NCBI GenBank assembly: GCA_964449575.1
Contig: CAYUYZ010000001.1
Span: 111,944 to 175,943, forward strand
Length of the DNA stretch: 64,000 nucleotides
Direction of reading: 5' to 3'
Origin: an uncultured Stakelama sp.
GTDB lineage: Bacteria > Pseudomonadota > Alphaproteobacteria > Sphingomonadales > Sphingomonadaceae
In this document: piece by piece, positions 27,072-35,246 of the stretch
Layout of the letters: the number at the start of each line of letters is the position of its first letter
How positions within the stretch are numbered: position 1 is the first letter of the stretch
The notes under the pieces: generated by a model
Databases searched by the model: none
Told to the model about the DNA's origin: nothing
The model's input: only the letters and a program-made list of their open reading frames with translations
Translations under genes and position numbers: made by a program

Positions 27072-29165
27072 GTGTCGGCAATTTTTGACCTAACGCAAAA
27101 TCCGTTCGCAATCTTGGGTGTGAGTCCGAGGTCCGGCACCACCGAAATCGCGGATGCCAAAGCCGATCGGCTGTTCGACAGCGAATATGACGAAGCGGCT
27201 TTGGAAGTCGCGCATTCCGAACTGATCGTGGAGAGAAAGCGGTTGTTTCACGAGGTGTCGTGGCTTGCCGATTTGGCTCCCAACCGAGCGCGCGCGATTG
27301 TTGCGGAGCTTCCAAAGGTGGACTCTGCATGCGCAGCCAATGTCGTGCCCACCGAGGCTCAGCTTTCTCGCGTTAATGTTGCTGCTGATCTGCTTATGCG
27401 CTTCCCGCATGCGAGGGATTTGGCCCAAGAGTTGTTGGACGGGCACAACCAGATCGATTGGCGTTCTGTTCGCCAAACCATCGACGAAACCCGGGCTTTA
27501 TCGGGATTCGGTCTCACGAAGGATGACGCTTGGAAGAGGGCTCAGTCCGACTTGATTGACCGACATGCCGAGGCGTTGCTTGCCACCGTCACCATGACCG
27601 AAGATGGACCAGAGCTGCTTGCTTCGATGCTCGCGGCGTCACCGTCGGCAAAAATCCCTACCAATGGCCTGTTGGAGCGAACTGTTACGCAGTATGATCG
27701 CTGGTCAGTCCCACGGCTTGAACAGCTCTCTGAACAAATTGATGCGTCTTTGGCAGCGCTTAAGGCGGGTACCGACACAGAGGTTAATCTGTCGAGGTTG
27801 GAAAACCTCTTAGCCGATTGGGATCGGATCAGCCAACCGGTTCAGCTCAGGGATCAAGCAAAGGGTCTCGATGAGCCGCGATCGTTGCGACTCTTCAAGC
27901 ACGTGCGCGAAGTAGCGATTTGGTTCGCCAACGAACGCGATAACAACGAAGCGGCGCGCCGAATTACGGCGGCGTTCGCCGCCGCATTCTCGGAGCTTCC
28001 GACCGTGGCAGCGATGACAGCCGCCGATCTCAAGACCCTAAATGAAAACATTACCCACGCCGAGGCTTTGAAGGCGCTTCACCCCCTTGAAGTCGCGGCG
28101 GACGGGGCGATCGAAAAATTGTCCGATGCGGCAAAGCAGATTCGTGCTGGTGGCTTTGCGGCCGGAAAGCACGGCGTGATTGGGAGTCTATTCGCTGCAT
28201 TTGACGGCGTCCGCGAAAAGGTTGGCATGTTGCCCGACGCCAACACGCCTTGGCTGCTCGTCAGGTCGGTCGCGCTGGCACTACACAATGATCTCAAGGC
28301 ATCAGACGAGGCAAGAATTCTCATCGAGGCGATCATCGGAACGGCCCCCGATCAGGCGCGGGGTATGCTCGATGAAGATCTTCGTACCCTCCGATCTGTA
28401 ACATTACAGGATTCGTTCAACCGCGCGCTGGAAAGAAACGACTGGCGGGCTGCGCGCAACATGGTTGCGGCCATGATCGAAGCGGACCCAGAGCAAGCCG
28501 GTGAACTTCTGAAAGTTCAATCCTCTCTCGACGGTAAGTTGAGTAGTAGGAATTGGAAAAGGATCGGGTGGGGCATCGCTGCTGGGTTCGTATTTCTGAT
28601 CGTCATCAACGATAACGCAAGCAAGCCTACGCCCAGCGCCGCACCCGCATATAGCTATGATCCGTCAACCGAGCCTGCTTCTGGTTCGGATACGAGTGAG
28701 GCTCCGGTCACACCTCCGGACGCTGCGCCGATGGATACGACAGAGCAAGAACCACCGATGTTTAATATAGAAGGTTTGACTCTTCCGCAGCTAAGATTCT
28801 GCAAGTTCGAAAACGCACGTTTAGATATTCTTAAAGACCTCGTAACGACCGCCATGGCAAGCGAGTACAACGCGAAAGTCGATAACTACAATAACCGCTG
28901 CGGGCGATTTCGTTATAAAGAAAGCGACATGACTCAAATCGACGCAGAGATTGCTGCAAAAGGGCCGCAAATACGGGCTGAAGCCACAAAACTCCTTTCG
29001 ACTTGGCGAGCGTTAAGCATGCCTGAATGGGCCGCCGACCCTGTCGTCCCGAGCACAGCTTCTCCACAAACACAGCGGCCTTCTCCGCTGGATGATCTGG
29101 GTCTTGGAACCCAATCAACGCCCGAGGATCAAACTCCAGCCGAAGCGAAACCCGATGACAACTGA
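27072..29165 (+). CDS. single-pass membrane protein with HPD-less J-like N-terminus
   Basis: The GTG start is preceded by AAAGGGGGA. NPFAILGVSPRSGTTEIADAKADRLF resembles J-domain helices I-II, but no HPD follows. It has a long helical middle, a TM segment WGIAAGFVFLIVI, a P/S/T-rich linker and a ~130-aa C-terminal domain. Confidence 0.6.
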   Translation: MSAIFDLTQNPFAILGVSPRSGTTEIADAKADRLFDSEYDEAALEVAHSELIVERKRLFHEVSWLADLAPNRARAIVAELPKVDSACAANVVPTEAQLSRVNVAADLLMRFPHARDLAQELLDGHNQIDWRSVRQTIDETRALSGFGLTKDDAWKRAQSDLIDRHAEALLATVTMTEDGPELLASMLAASPSAKIPTNGLLERTVTQYDRWSVPRLEQLSEQIDASLAALKAGTDTEVNLSRLENLLADWDRISQPVQLRDQAKGLDEPRSLRLFKHVREVAIWFANERDNNEAARRITAAFAAAFSELPTVAAMTAADLKTLNENITHAEALKALHPLEVAADGAIEKLSDAAKQIRAGGFAAGKHGVIGSLFAAFDGVREKVGMLPDANTPWLLVRSVALALHNDLKASDEARILIEAIIGTAPDQARGMLDEDLRTLRSVTLQDSFNRALERNDWRAARNMVAAMIEADPEQAGELLKVQSSLDGKLSSRNWKRIGWGIAAGFVFLIVINDNASKPTPSAAPAYSYDPSTEPASGSDTSEAPVTPPDAAPMDTTEQEPPMFNIEGLTLPQLRFCKFENARLDILKDLVTTAMASEYNAKVDNYNNRCGRFRYKESDMTQIDAEIAAKGPQIRAEATKLLSTWRALSMPEWAADPVVPSTASPQTQRPSPLDDLGLGTQSTPEDQTPAEAKPDDN

Positions 29166-29535
29166 AAACGCTGCCATAGACCCTACTTTGGCACTGACCC
29201 AGGTCGCCGTGGAAATGTGGAAATTGCTGCGGGCGTTCGAGCGGACCTTTGTCGATCTGCCGGCGGAAAAGCTCCCTAATCGAGTGGCTCAGCATCGCTA
29301 CTCTACGTCACGATTGAATGCCCTGTTAGATGGCGTGGGAATAAAGCTGCTAACATTCGATGGGGAGCAATTCACCGCCCACTTGCCCGTCAGCCCGGCG
29401 AATGCTGACGACATTGAAGACGCAGATAGTGCAGTCATTGAATCAACAATCGAGCCGACGATCATTGGCCACAACGTGGTACTTCACATCGGAAAAGTGA
29501 TGCTTGCGGGGAATAAAAATGTATCTCGGGATTGA
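29155..29535 (+). CDS. GrpE-like putative nucleotide exchange factor (short)
   Basis: 126 aa, overlapping the upstream gene by 11 nt. LNALLDGVGIKLLTFDGEQFTAHLPVS...VIESTIEPTIIGHNVVLHIGKVML parallels the GrpE C-terminal pattern (GV..I...G..FDP..H.A ... V..GY......LR.A.V.V). Confidence 0.5.
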   Translation: MTTENAAIDPTLALTQVAVEMWKLLRAFERTFVDLPAEKLPNRVAQHRYSTSRLNALLDGVGIKLLTFDGEQFTAHLPVSPANADDIEDADSAVIESTIEPTIIGHNVVLHIGKVMLAGNKNVSRD

Positions 29536-32041
29536 CCTTGGCACCTCAAACTCGGCGGTCGTCGGCAATGACGATGGTGTTTTGCGCCTTTTCAAAACCG
29601 CCGATGGCCGGGACGTATTGCCGAGTGCCATTTATATCGACCGGCGTGGAAACCGATTTGTCGGCAAGAAGGCGCAGGATCAGGCTTCGCTCGCACCGGA
29701 AAACGTCGCGCAAGGCTTTAAGCGCCTGATGGGCACCTCGACCCCTTTCAGTTTTGCGGGCAGCGATTTTCAAATGAGTCCCGAGGAGGCCAGCGCGGAA
29801 GTTCTGAGGACTTTGGTGTCACAAGTTAAAACCGAGGCTGGAGATGTGATCATTCAAGGCACGGTCATCACCGTGCCCGCTGCATTCAATCAAATGCAGT
29901 CTGAAGCGACCATTCGATCTGCGGCAGCGGCAGGCTTAACTGCTGTTGGCTTGCTGCAAGAACCTGTGGCTGCCGCATTGTCGTCCTTGGAGGTCGCGAC
30001 CAACAAGGATGGAATTTTCCTCGTTTACGATCTCGGCGGCGGAACGTTCGACGTGGCACTGGTTCAAAGTACCCGTGGAGCGGTGACGGTCTTGGCACAC
30101 GAGGGTGTAAATATGCTCGGCGGTCGCGATTTTGATCGCAGTATCGTCAACAGCGTCGTTCGCCCTTGGCTCTTGGAAAATTACGATCTCCCAAACGACT
30201 TTCAAAAAGACCCGCGATTTCGTCGTCTTGTTCGGCTGGCTGGCATGAAGGCTGAAGAGGCCAAGATCGACCTTTCGACGAGAGACACAGTGCAAATCTT
30301 CGTTGCTGAGGAGGAGGCCCGCGTCGAAGATCGGTCGGGGCAGGAGATATTCATTGATGTGCCCTTGCATCGCAGCCGTCTCGAAGAATTGACACGAGAC
30401 GGTGTCGATACGTCGATCGAACTGTGCAGAAAGATTCTATCAGACAATGGTTTGTCGCACGACGATGTTGACCGACTCGTATTCATCGGAGGTCCTTCAA
30501 AGATGCCCTCGATCCGTGATCGAGTGCCCAAAGAGCTTGGCATCGCCCCTGATCTTCGCACTGATCCGATGACCGCAGTTGCGCGCGGAGCCGCGATCTT
30601 TGCGGAAAGCCGAAATTGGGGTGAGGCCGGGAAAACGGTACGAAAGGCTACGCGCGGATCGAAGAAGACTGCCAGCACGATCGGTGTTTCATATGATTTT
30701 GAAGCCCGGACGACGTCTGGAGAGGCTCGGATCAGAATCACGGCAACGGGCGAGACGGCCGGTTTCAGAGTTTCTTTGACGAATGATGACATGTGGGATT
30801 CAGGGCAAATCGATCTACAAAAATCACAAACTCTTGTAGTTCCGCTATCTCGAAAGGGTGCAAATCGCGTCCAGATTACTGTTACCGACAATCAGGGTGC
30901 GCCGGTAACAGCAGCATCTGCCGAATTAGTCATTACCAAGATCGATGCTAGTGCTGCGGGCATTCCTGCGACGCAAACGATCGCAGTAAAATTGCGGACC
31001 GGAGATGGGCCCTTTGCACGCAATGAGCTGAGTCCGCTCTTTGAGAAAGGGACAATCCTACCCGCCTCCGGCGTGAAGCGGTTTCGGGCATCGGAAACAC
31101 TCAGAGGAGATGTCGATGGTCATCTAGACGTAGAGATTTTCGAAAAGACCCACGGCGTCCCCGAACCTGAGTTGAACCTTTTCATCGGATGTTACCGCAT
31201 CACGGATGAAATGCTTGAGCAAGATGCCGTAGTGCGGAAGGGTGACGAAGTTATCGTTCATTGGAATGTGGACGACAACATGCTCCTTAGCTGCGCGATC
31301 GAGCTGCCTGCGCTCGGCCTAAAACTCGATGACCATCGCTTTTATGTCCCATCGATCGGCCACAAAAATTATGATGGTGAGACTGGGCGTTTGATTGCTT
31401 CCAAAGCACTTGCAGATGCTCAGCAGGACTTGAACGTCGTGGGCGAGGCTTTGGAAGGCAAAGCCGGCAATGAAATCGCCGCTCTGCGCAGACGCATCGA
31501 TCGCCAACTCAACGAACTCGCCAAAGGGGACGATGCCGACGTGTCTCGATCGGTAGAGGAGGAGGCACGTCATGTCCGACAGGAAGTTTCACGGCTCAAG
31601 CATGACCCTGCATTTCGAAAACAGGTTCTAGCCGCCGACGTTGATCGCGCCACGGACATATTCGCCGAGCTGGTAGACGACGCCGACGATGAGACAATCG
31701 CACGTCTGAAGCAACTTGTAGCCACAGCGGAGCGGAGTTTGGCCGCAGATGATCTGGAGACCGCCGAGCGGGCTGTCGAAGACATCAGGATGCTCGTCGG
31801 AGCCGCCGTCCGTCGTCAGCCGGCCTACATGGTCGCCGCGTTTGAGCGCGCCGCAAGTGAGGGTTACCTCGCGATTGATCAGGCTCTTCACGATCGAATC
31901 GTTCTTGAGGGAGAAAAGGCACTAGAAAGAGGTGATCTTACGGCCTTGAATGCTGCTACTTTCGCGCTTTATCAAAATCGCGCAGAGGTCGATGGACCGA
32001 ACGGCGATCTTGCAAACCTTGCTGGCTTGATGAGCGTTTAG
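29519..32041 (+). CDS. divergent Hsp70 family ATPase (840 aa) with long non-canonical C-terminal half
   Basis: The product starts MYLGIDLGTSNSAV. It also has VYDLGGGTFDVALV, FIGGPSKMPSIRDRV and AVARGAAIFAE, the Hsp70 phosphate-1, phosphate-2 and adenosine motifs. It overlaps the GrpE-like gene by 17 nt. Confidence 0.85.
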   Translation: MYLGIDLGTSNSAVVGNDDGVLRLFKTADGRDVLPSAIYIDRRGNRFVGKKAQDQASLAPENVAQGFKRLMGTSTPFSFAGSDFQMSPEEASAEVLRTLVSQVKTEAGDVIIQGTVITVPAAFNQMQSEATIRSAAAAGLTAVGLLQEPVAAALSSLEVATNKDGIFLVYDLGGGTFDVALVQSTRGAVTVLAHEGVNMLGGRDFDRSIVNSVVRPWLLENYDLPNDFQKDPRFRRLVRLAGMKAEEAKIDLSTRDTVQIFVAEEEARVEDRSGQEIFIDVPLHRSRLEELTRDGVDTSIELCRKILSDNGLSHDDVDRLVFIGGPSKMPSIRDRVPKELGIAPDLRTDPMTAVARGAAIFAESRNWGEAGKTVRKATRGSKKTASTIGVSYDFEARTTSGEARIRITATGETAGFRVSLTNDDMWDSGQIDLQKSQTLVVPLSRKGANRVQITVTDNQGAPVTAASAELVITKIDASAAGIPATQTIAVKLRTGDGPFARNELSPLFEKGTILPASGVKRFRASETLRGDVDGHLDVEIFEKTHGVPEPELNLFIGCYRITDEMLEQDAVVRKGDEVIVHWNVDDNMLLSCAIELPALGLKLDDHRFYVPSIGHKNYDGETGRLIASKALADAQQDLNVVGEALEGKAGNEIAALRRRIDRQLNELAKGDDADVSRSVEEEARHVRQEVSRLKHDPAFRKQVLAADVDRATDIFAELVDDADDETIARLKQLVATAERSLAADDLETAERAVEDIRMLVGAAVRRQPAYMVAAFERAASEGYLAIDQALHDRIVLEGEKALERGDLTALNAATFALYQNRAEVDGPNGDLANLAGLMSV

Positions 32042-32109
32042 TTGGCTGCCTCGGGATACGCGCTGAACGGAGCCATCGCGGCCTGCTATCGCCGCCCCAC
32101 TTTCGCGGA

Positions 32110-32152
32110 GTGTTAGTTTCCCTAACCCCAGGATTCAAACTGCGTCACCACC
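32110..32152. repeat. terminal inverted repeat (cargo-proximal end)
   Basis: The reverse complement reads GGTGGTGACGCAGTTTGAATCCTGGGGTTAGGGAAACTAACAC. Confidence 0.9.
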
Positions 32153-32160
32153 GTTGCTGT
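32153..32160. repeat. target-site duplication (right copy) GTTGCTGT
   Basis: Identical to 24860-24867. Confidence 0.85.
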
Positions 32161-32272
32161 GGGCGGTGGGCTCGTGACCCTGAAAAGGGGGAATGGCGGG
32201 AACTGGGAGAAAGCCGACGGGCAGCTTTCGGCTCACGCTCCTACGAAGCGGACGCTAGTTTTGCTGGAAAGT

Positions 32273-32788
32273 TCAATTGCGATTGCCGCCCATCAGACCA
32301 ATCGAAAGCGATCTTCGCCAGCCCGCCGCTGCCACGATGCGGCCCGCCTCAAATGTAAAGGTAACAGGGAAGGCAACCCTTGCGGTCGCGTCAATGAACT
32401 CAACCTCGACCTTCTGTACCGCGCACGCATTTTGGATCGGTGTCGGTATGCTGTCCCATCCGTAGTAACGGAACGAAGAAGGATTCATGTGCCTCGTAAG
32501 GGCTCGCAATCCGTCGACGCCTGAACCCATCGGAAGGCCGACATCGCCCCCACCTGAGGAGAACGTTGCGGAAGGCGAAACCAACTGAGCCAAGCGCGGA
32601 TCGGCCTTTGAAGAAGGCGTCGCCGCCCATCGCACCGCGTCCACCGCTCGCTTGCTGAGGATAGCCTGCAATTCCCCGATCGTTTGGACTTTGTCTAAGC
32701 CGCACCCAGCAGGCGTAGCTGCCGAAGCTGCCAGCGGTGCGAAAAACGAGGTTGCGATCAATATGGTCGCTTGAACAGAGAACCCCAT
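32273..32788 (-). CDS. hypothetical secreted protein
   Basis: 171 aa with a signal peptide ending LAASAATPAG. It lies outside the transposon but also has lower G+C. Confidence 0.55.
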   Translation of the reverse strand: MGFSVQATILIATSFFAPLAASAATPAGCGLDKVQTIGELQAILSKRAVDAVRWAATPSSKADPRLAQLVSPSATFSSGGGDVGLPMGSGVDGLRALTRHMNPSSFRYYGWDSIPTPIQNACAVQKVEVEFIDATARVAFPVTFTFEAGRIVAAAGWRRSLSIGLMGGNRN

Positions 32789-32976
32789 AAAATGGATCTT
32801 CCTTTGAAGCTCAATCGCTGCAACCCGTCGGTCAGTACGGGCATGGCATGTTGTGGCCTGGATGAACGACTGCCCGCAATCAGGAATCGCGGTGTTGCCT
32901 TGGAATGGCTATTTCTGGCCGTTAGCCGTCAAAGCCCTACCCATCGCCCCTACCTCTACGACGCGATCCGACGCGC

Positions 32977-33513
32977 CTATTTCTCCTCCACCGGCGGCAA
33001 TTCCATCCGGTCGGCGACGGCGGCGGCGGTCGGGGCGGCGGGGGCGCGGCAGCCTTTGCTGAGGCCAAGGCCTTTCAGATAGGCGCGGCGGACCGAGCCG
33101 GCATAGGCGGCGGCTTCGGCGCGGCGCTGGGCCTTGTCGGCGCCGGTGATGACGCGGACGAGGCCAAGGCCGGGGATCAGCGTGTTGACGGCCGCCTTGG
33201 TCGCGGCCGAGGCGACATAGGCGCCTTCGCCCTTTTTCTTGCCTTCAACATCGACATCTTCGCCGAGCGCAGCAGTCAGTGTGGCGATCTGCTCGGCGAT
33301 TTGCGCGCAGGTGCGCGTGCCCTCGGTGCTGTACGGCGCGGATACCGCGAGCAGCAGGGATTCGGGAATCTTGTCCTTCTGGAGCCGCGCATCGCGCAAC
33401 GGCTGCGTTGCCGCGCGGCGAACGCTGGTGTCCTGTTGCTGCGCGGCGGCTGCCCCGACCAAAAGTCCGATCAGCACGGTTGCGCTGGCGATTGCCTTGA
33501 GTTGCATCATCAT
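32977..33513 (-). CDS. hypothetical secreted protein
   Basis: The start is taken at MMMQLKAIASATVLIGLLVGAAAAQ, preceded by GGGAGA. 178 aa. The upstream part of the 282-aa ORF is unsupported. Confidence 0.55.
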   Translation of the reverse strand: MMMQLKAIASATVLIGLLVGAAAAQQQDTSVRRAATQPLRDARLQKDKIPESLLLAVSAPYSTEGTRTCAQIAEQIATLTAALGEDVDVEGKKKGEGAYVASAATKAAVNTLIPGLGLVRVITGADKAQRRAEAAAYAGSVRRAYLKGLGLSKGCRAPAAPTAAAVADRMELPPVEEK

Positions 33514-33639
33514 TCTCCCTTGGCCGAAGTGCCGCCATCCTATGCCGGTACCGGAACGATGTCGAAGCGCCTGAACGCGCGAACTGGTTCCGAATTGCGC
33601 TTGTTTACGCGAAATGCAGCGCTGCGCGTATAACAGGCC

Positions 33640-35190
33640 ATGATGCGGCGTTTGCTGACCCTGATTATACTGATCGCCACGGCGGGCGCGCTGTTTGCGG
33701 CGTGGATGCATCCGCGCGTGATCGATCCGCGCAATATCGGCTGGCTGCTCGACGGGCATGACCGCGGGCAAAGCGCGATTGGCCTCGCGGCCTATCTGGC
33801 GGGCGGCGGCTGGCCGTCGCTGCATAATTCGCTGCTGTCGGCGCCCGAGGGGACGAGCCTGTTGCTGACCGACAGCATCCCGCTGCTCGGGCTATTGCTT
33901 GGGCCGTTTGCAGGGTCGCTGGCGGGGATGCAGTTCGTCGGGGCCTGGCTGTTTGCGTGCGTGGTGCTGCAAACGCTGTTCGCCTGGGCGCTCGTCCGCC
34001 CGCATGCGCCCGATCTGCCGAGCGCGTGGTTCGGCGCGGTCCTGCTCGCGGCGATGCCGATGCTGTTCAACCGCTTTGGCCATGCGAGCCTGTGCGCGCA
34101 GTGGCTGATCCTGTGGGCGCTGTGGATCTATGTCGAGCCGCGCCGCGCCGAGCGGCCCCTGTGGTGGATCGCGGTGCTCGGGGTGGCGGCGCTGGTGCAC
34201 AGCTATCTGCTGCTAATGGTCGCGAGCATCTGGGCTGGGTGGCTGCTGCGACAAATGGGGGCGCCCGGACGGGTACGCACGCTGGGTGAGGCGGCGGCGA
34301 CGATTGGCTTTGTCGCGTTGCTGCTGGCGGGGCAGGGGGTGTTTGGCGGTGGTTTCCTGTCGACGGGCACTTATGGCGCGTTTCCAATGGCGCTCGATGC
34401 GTGGTGGAACCCGGCCAATCCGGGGTATTCGGCGCTGCTGCCGTCGTCGCCTGAGGATCATGGCCGGGGGTTTGAAGGGCTGAATTATCTGGGCGCGGGG
34501 GTGATGCTCGCGGTGGTGGTGGCGGCGGTGACGCGAAAGGCGGCGCTGCGGCATTTGCTGTGGCTGGTGCCGGGATTTGTGGTGCTGGGGGTGATTGCGA
34601 TCGGGCCGCAGCCGTTGCTGTGGGGCAAGCCGGTGGCGACCCTGCACCTGCCGCCGTGGCTGATCGATGCGCTTGATCCGGTGCGCGCGGGCGGGCGGCT
34701 GTTCTGGCCCGCGACTTATGCGCTGACCTATGCGGGCGTTGTCGGCGTGCTGGCGCTGCGGCGCGCGACGCTGGTGCTGGCGGCAGCGGTGGCGTTGCAG
34801 GCGGTCGATCTGGCGCCGATGCTCGCGGCGATCCGCACGACAAGCGCGCGTGCCGATGATCCGACGGTGTTCACCCGCACGCGCGATCCGCGCTGGCCGG
34901 GGCTGATCGCGCGCGCGACGCGGGTCGATTTCACCCCCGCCGATCCCTTTGTGGACTTGCAGGTGATGGAAGAAGTGACGTGGCGCGCGGTGCTGGCGAA
35001 GCGCCCGGTCGGCTTTACTTATACCGCGCGGGTGTCAGCCAAGTCGCGCGCGCGGCTGGCGGGTGAGCGGGCGGCGTTTGAGCGGGGTGAGCTGGCGCCG
35101 GGGCATTTGGTGATTGTGCAGGATGGCAAGCTGCCGGCGGCGTTGCGGTCACGCGGAGTGCGGATAGATGGGGTGGTGGTGGTGCGATAG
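33640..35190 (+). CDS. hypothetical polytopic membrane protein (possibly glycosyltransferase-like)
   Basis: 516 aa with more than 10 predicted TM helices followed by a soluble C-terminal domain. The family is not recognised with confidence. Confidence 0.6.
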   Translation: MMRRLLTLIILIATAGALFAAWMHPRVIDPRNIGWLLDGHDRGQSAIGLAAYLAGGGWPSLHNSLLSAPEGTSLLLTDSIPLLGLLLGPFAGSLAGMQFVGAWLFACVVLQTLFAWALVRPHAPDLPSAWFGAVLLAAMPMLFNRFGHASLCAQWLILWALWIYVEPRRAERPLWWIAVLGVAALVHSYLLLMVASIWAGWLLRQMGAPGRVRTLGEAAATIGFVALLLAGQGVFGGGFLSTGTYGAFPMALDAWWNPANPGYSALLPSSPEDHGRGFEGLNYLGAGVMLAVVVAAVTRKAALRHLLWLVPGFVVLGVIAIGPQPLLWGKPVATLHLPPWLIDALDPVRAGGRLFWPATYALTYAGVVGVLALRRATLVLAAAVALQAVDLAPMLAAIRTTSARADDPTVFTRTRDPRWPGLIARATRVDFTPADPFVDLQVMEEVTWRAVLAKRPVGFTYTARVSAKSRARLAGERAAFERGELAPGHLVIVQDGKLPAALRSRGVRIDGVVVVR

Positions 35191-35213
35191 GGCCGAGGTT
35201 TCCGCGTCCCAAT

Positions 35214-35238
35214 TCCCCTCCCTTGTCCAGGGAGGGGA
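35214..35238. terminator. bidirectional hairpin terminator
   Basis: TCCCCTCCCT-tgtcc-AGGGAGGGGA followed by TTTAT, between convergent genes. Confidence 0.5.
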
Positions 35239-35246
35239 TTTATGGA

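Larger units (their letters stand above)
24868..32152 (-). mobile_element. IS1-family transposon carrying a 5-gene cargo operon (7285 bp)
   Basis: The 44/43-nt TIRs differ by 1 mismatch and a 1-nt indel and start GGTGGTGAC, similar to the IS1 ends. There is an 8-bp TSD. A single IS1-like transposase gene sits at the left end, and the cargo has lower G+C than the flanks. Confidence 0.85.
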
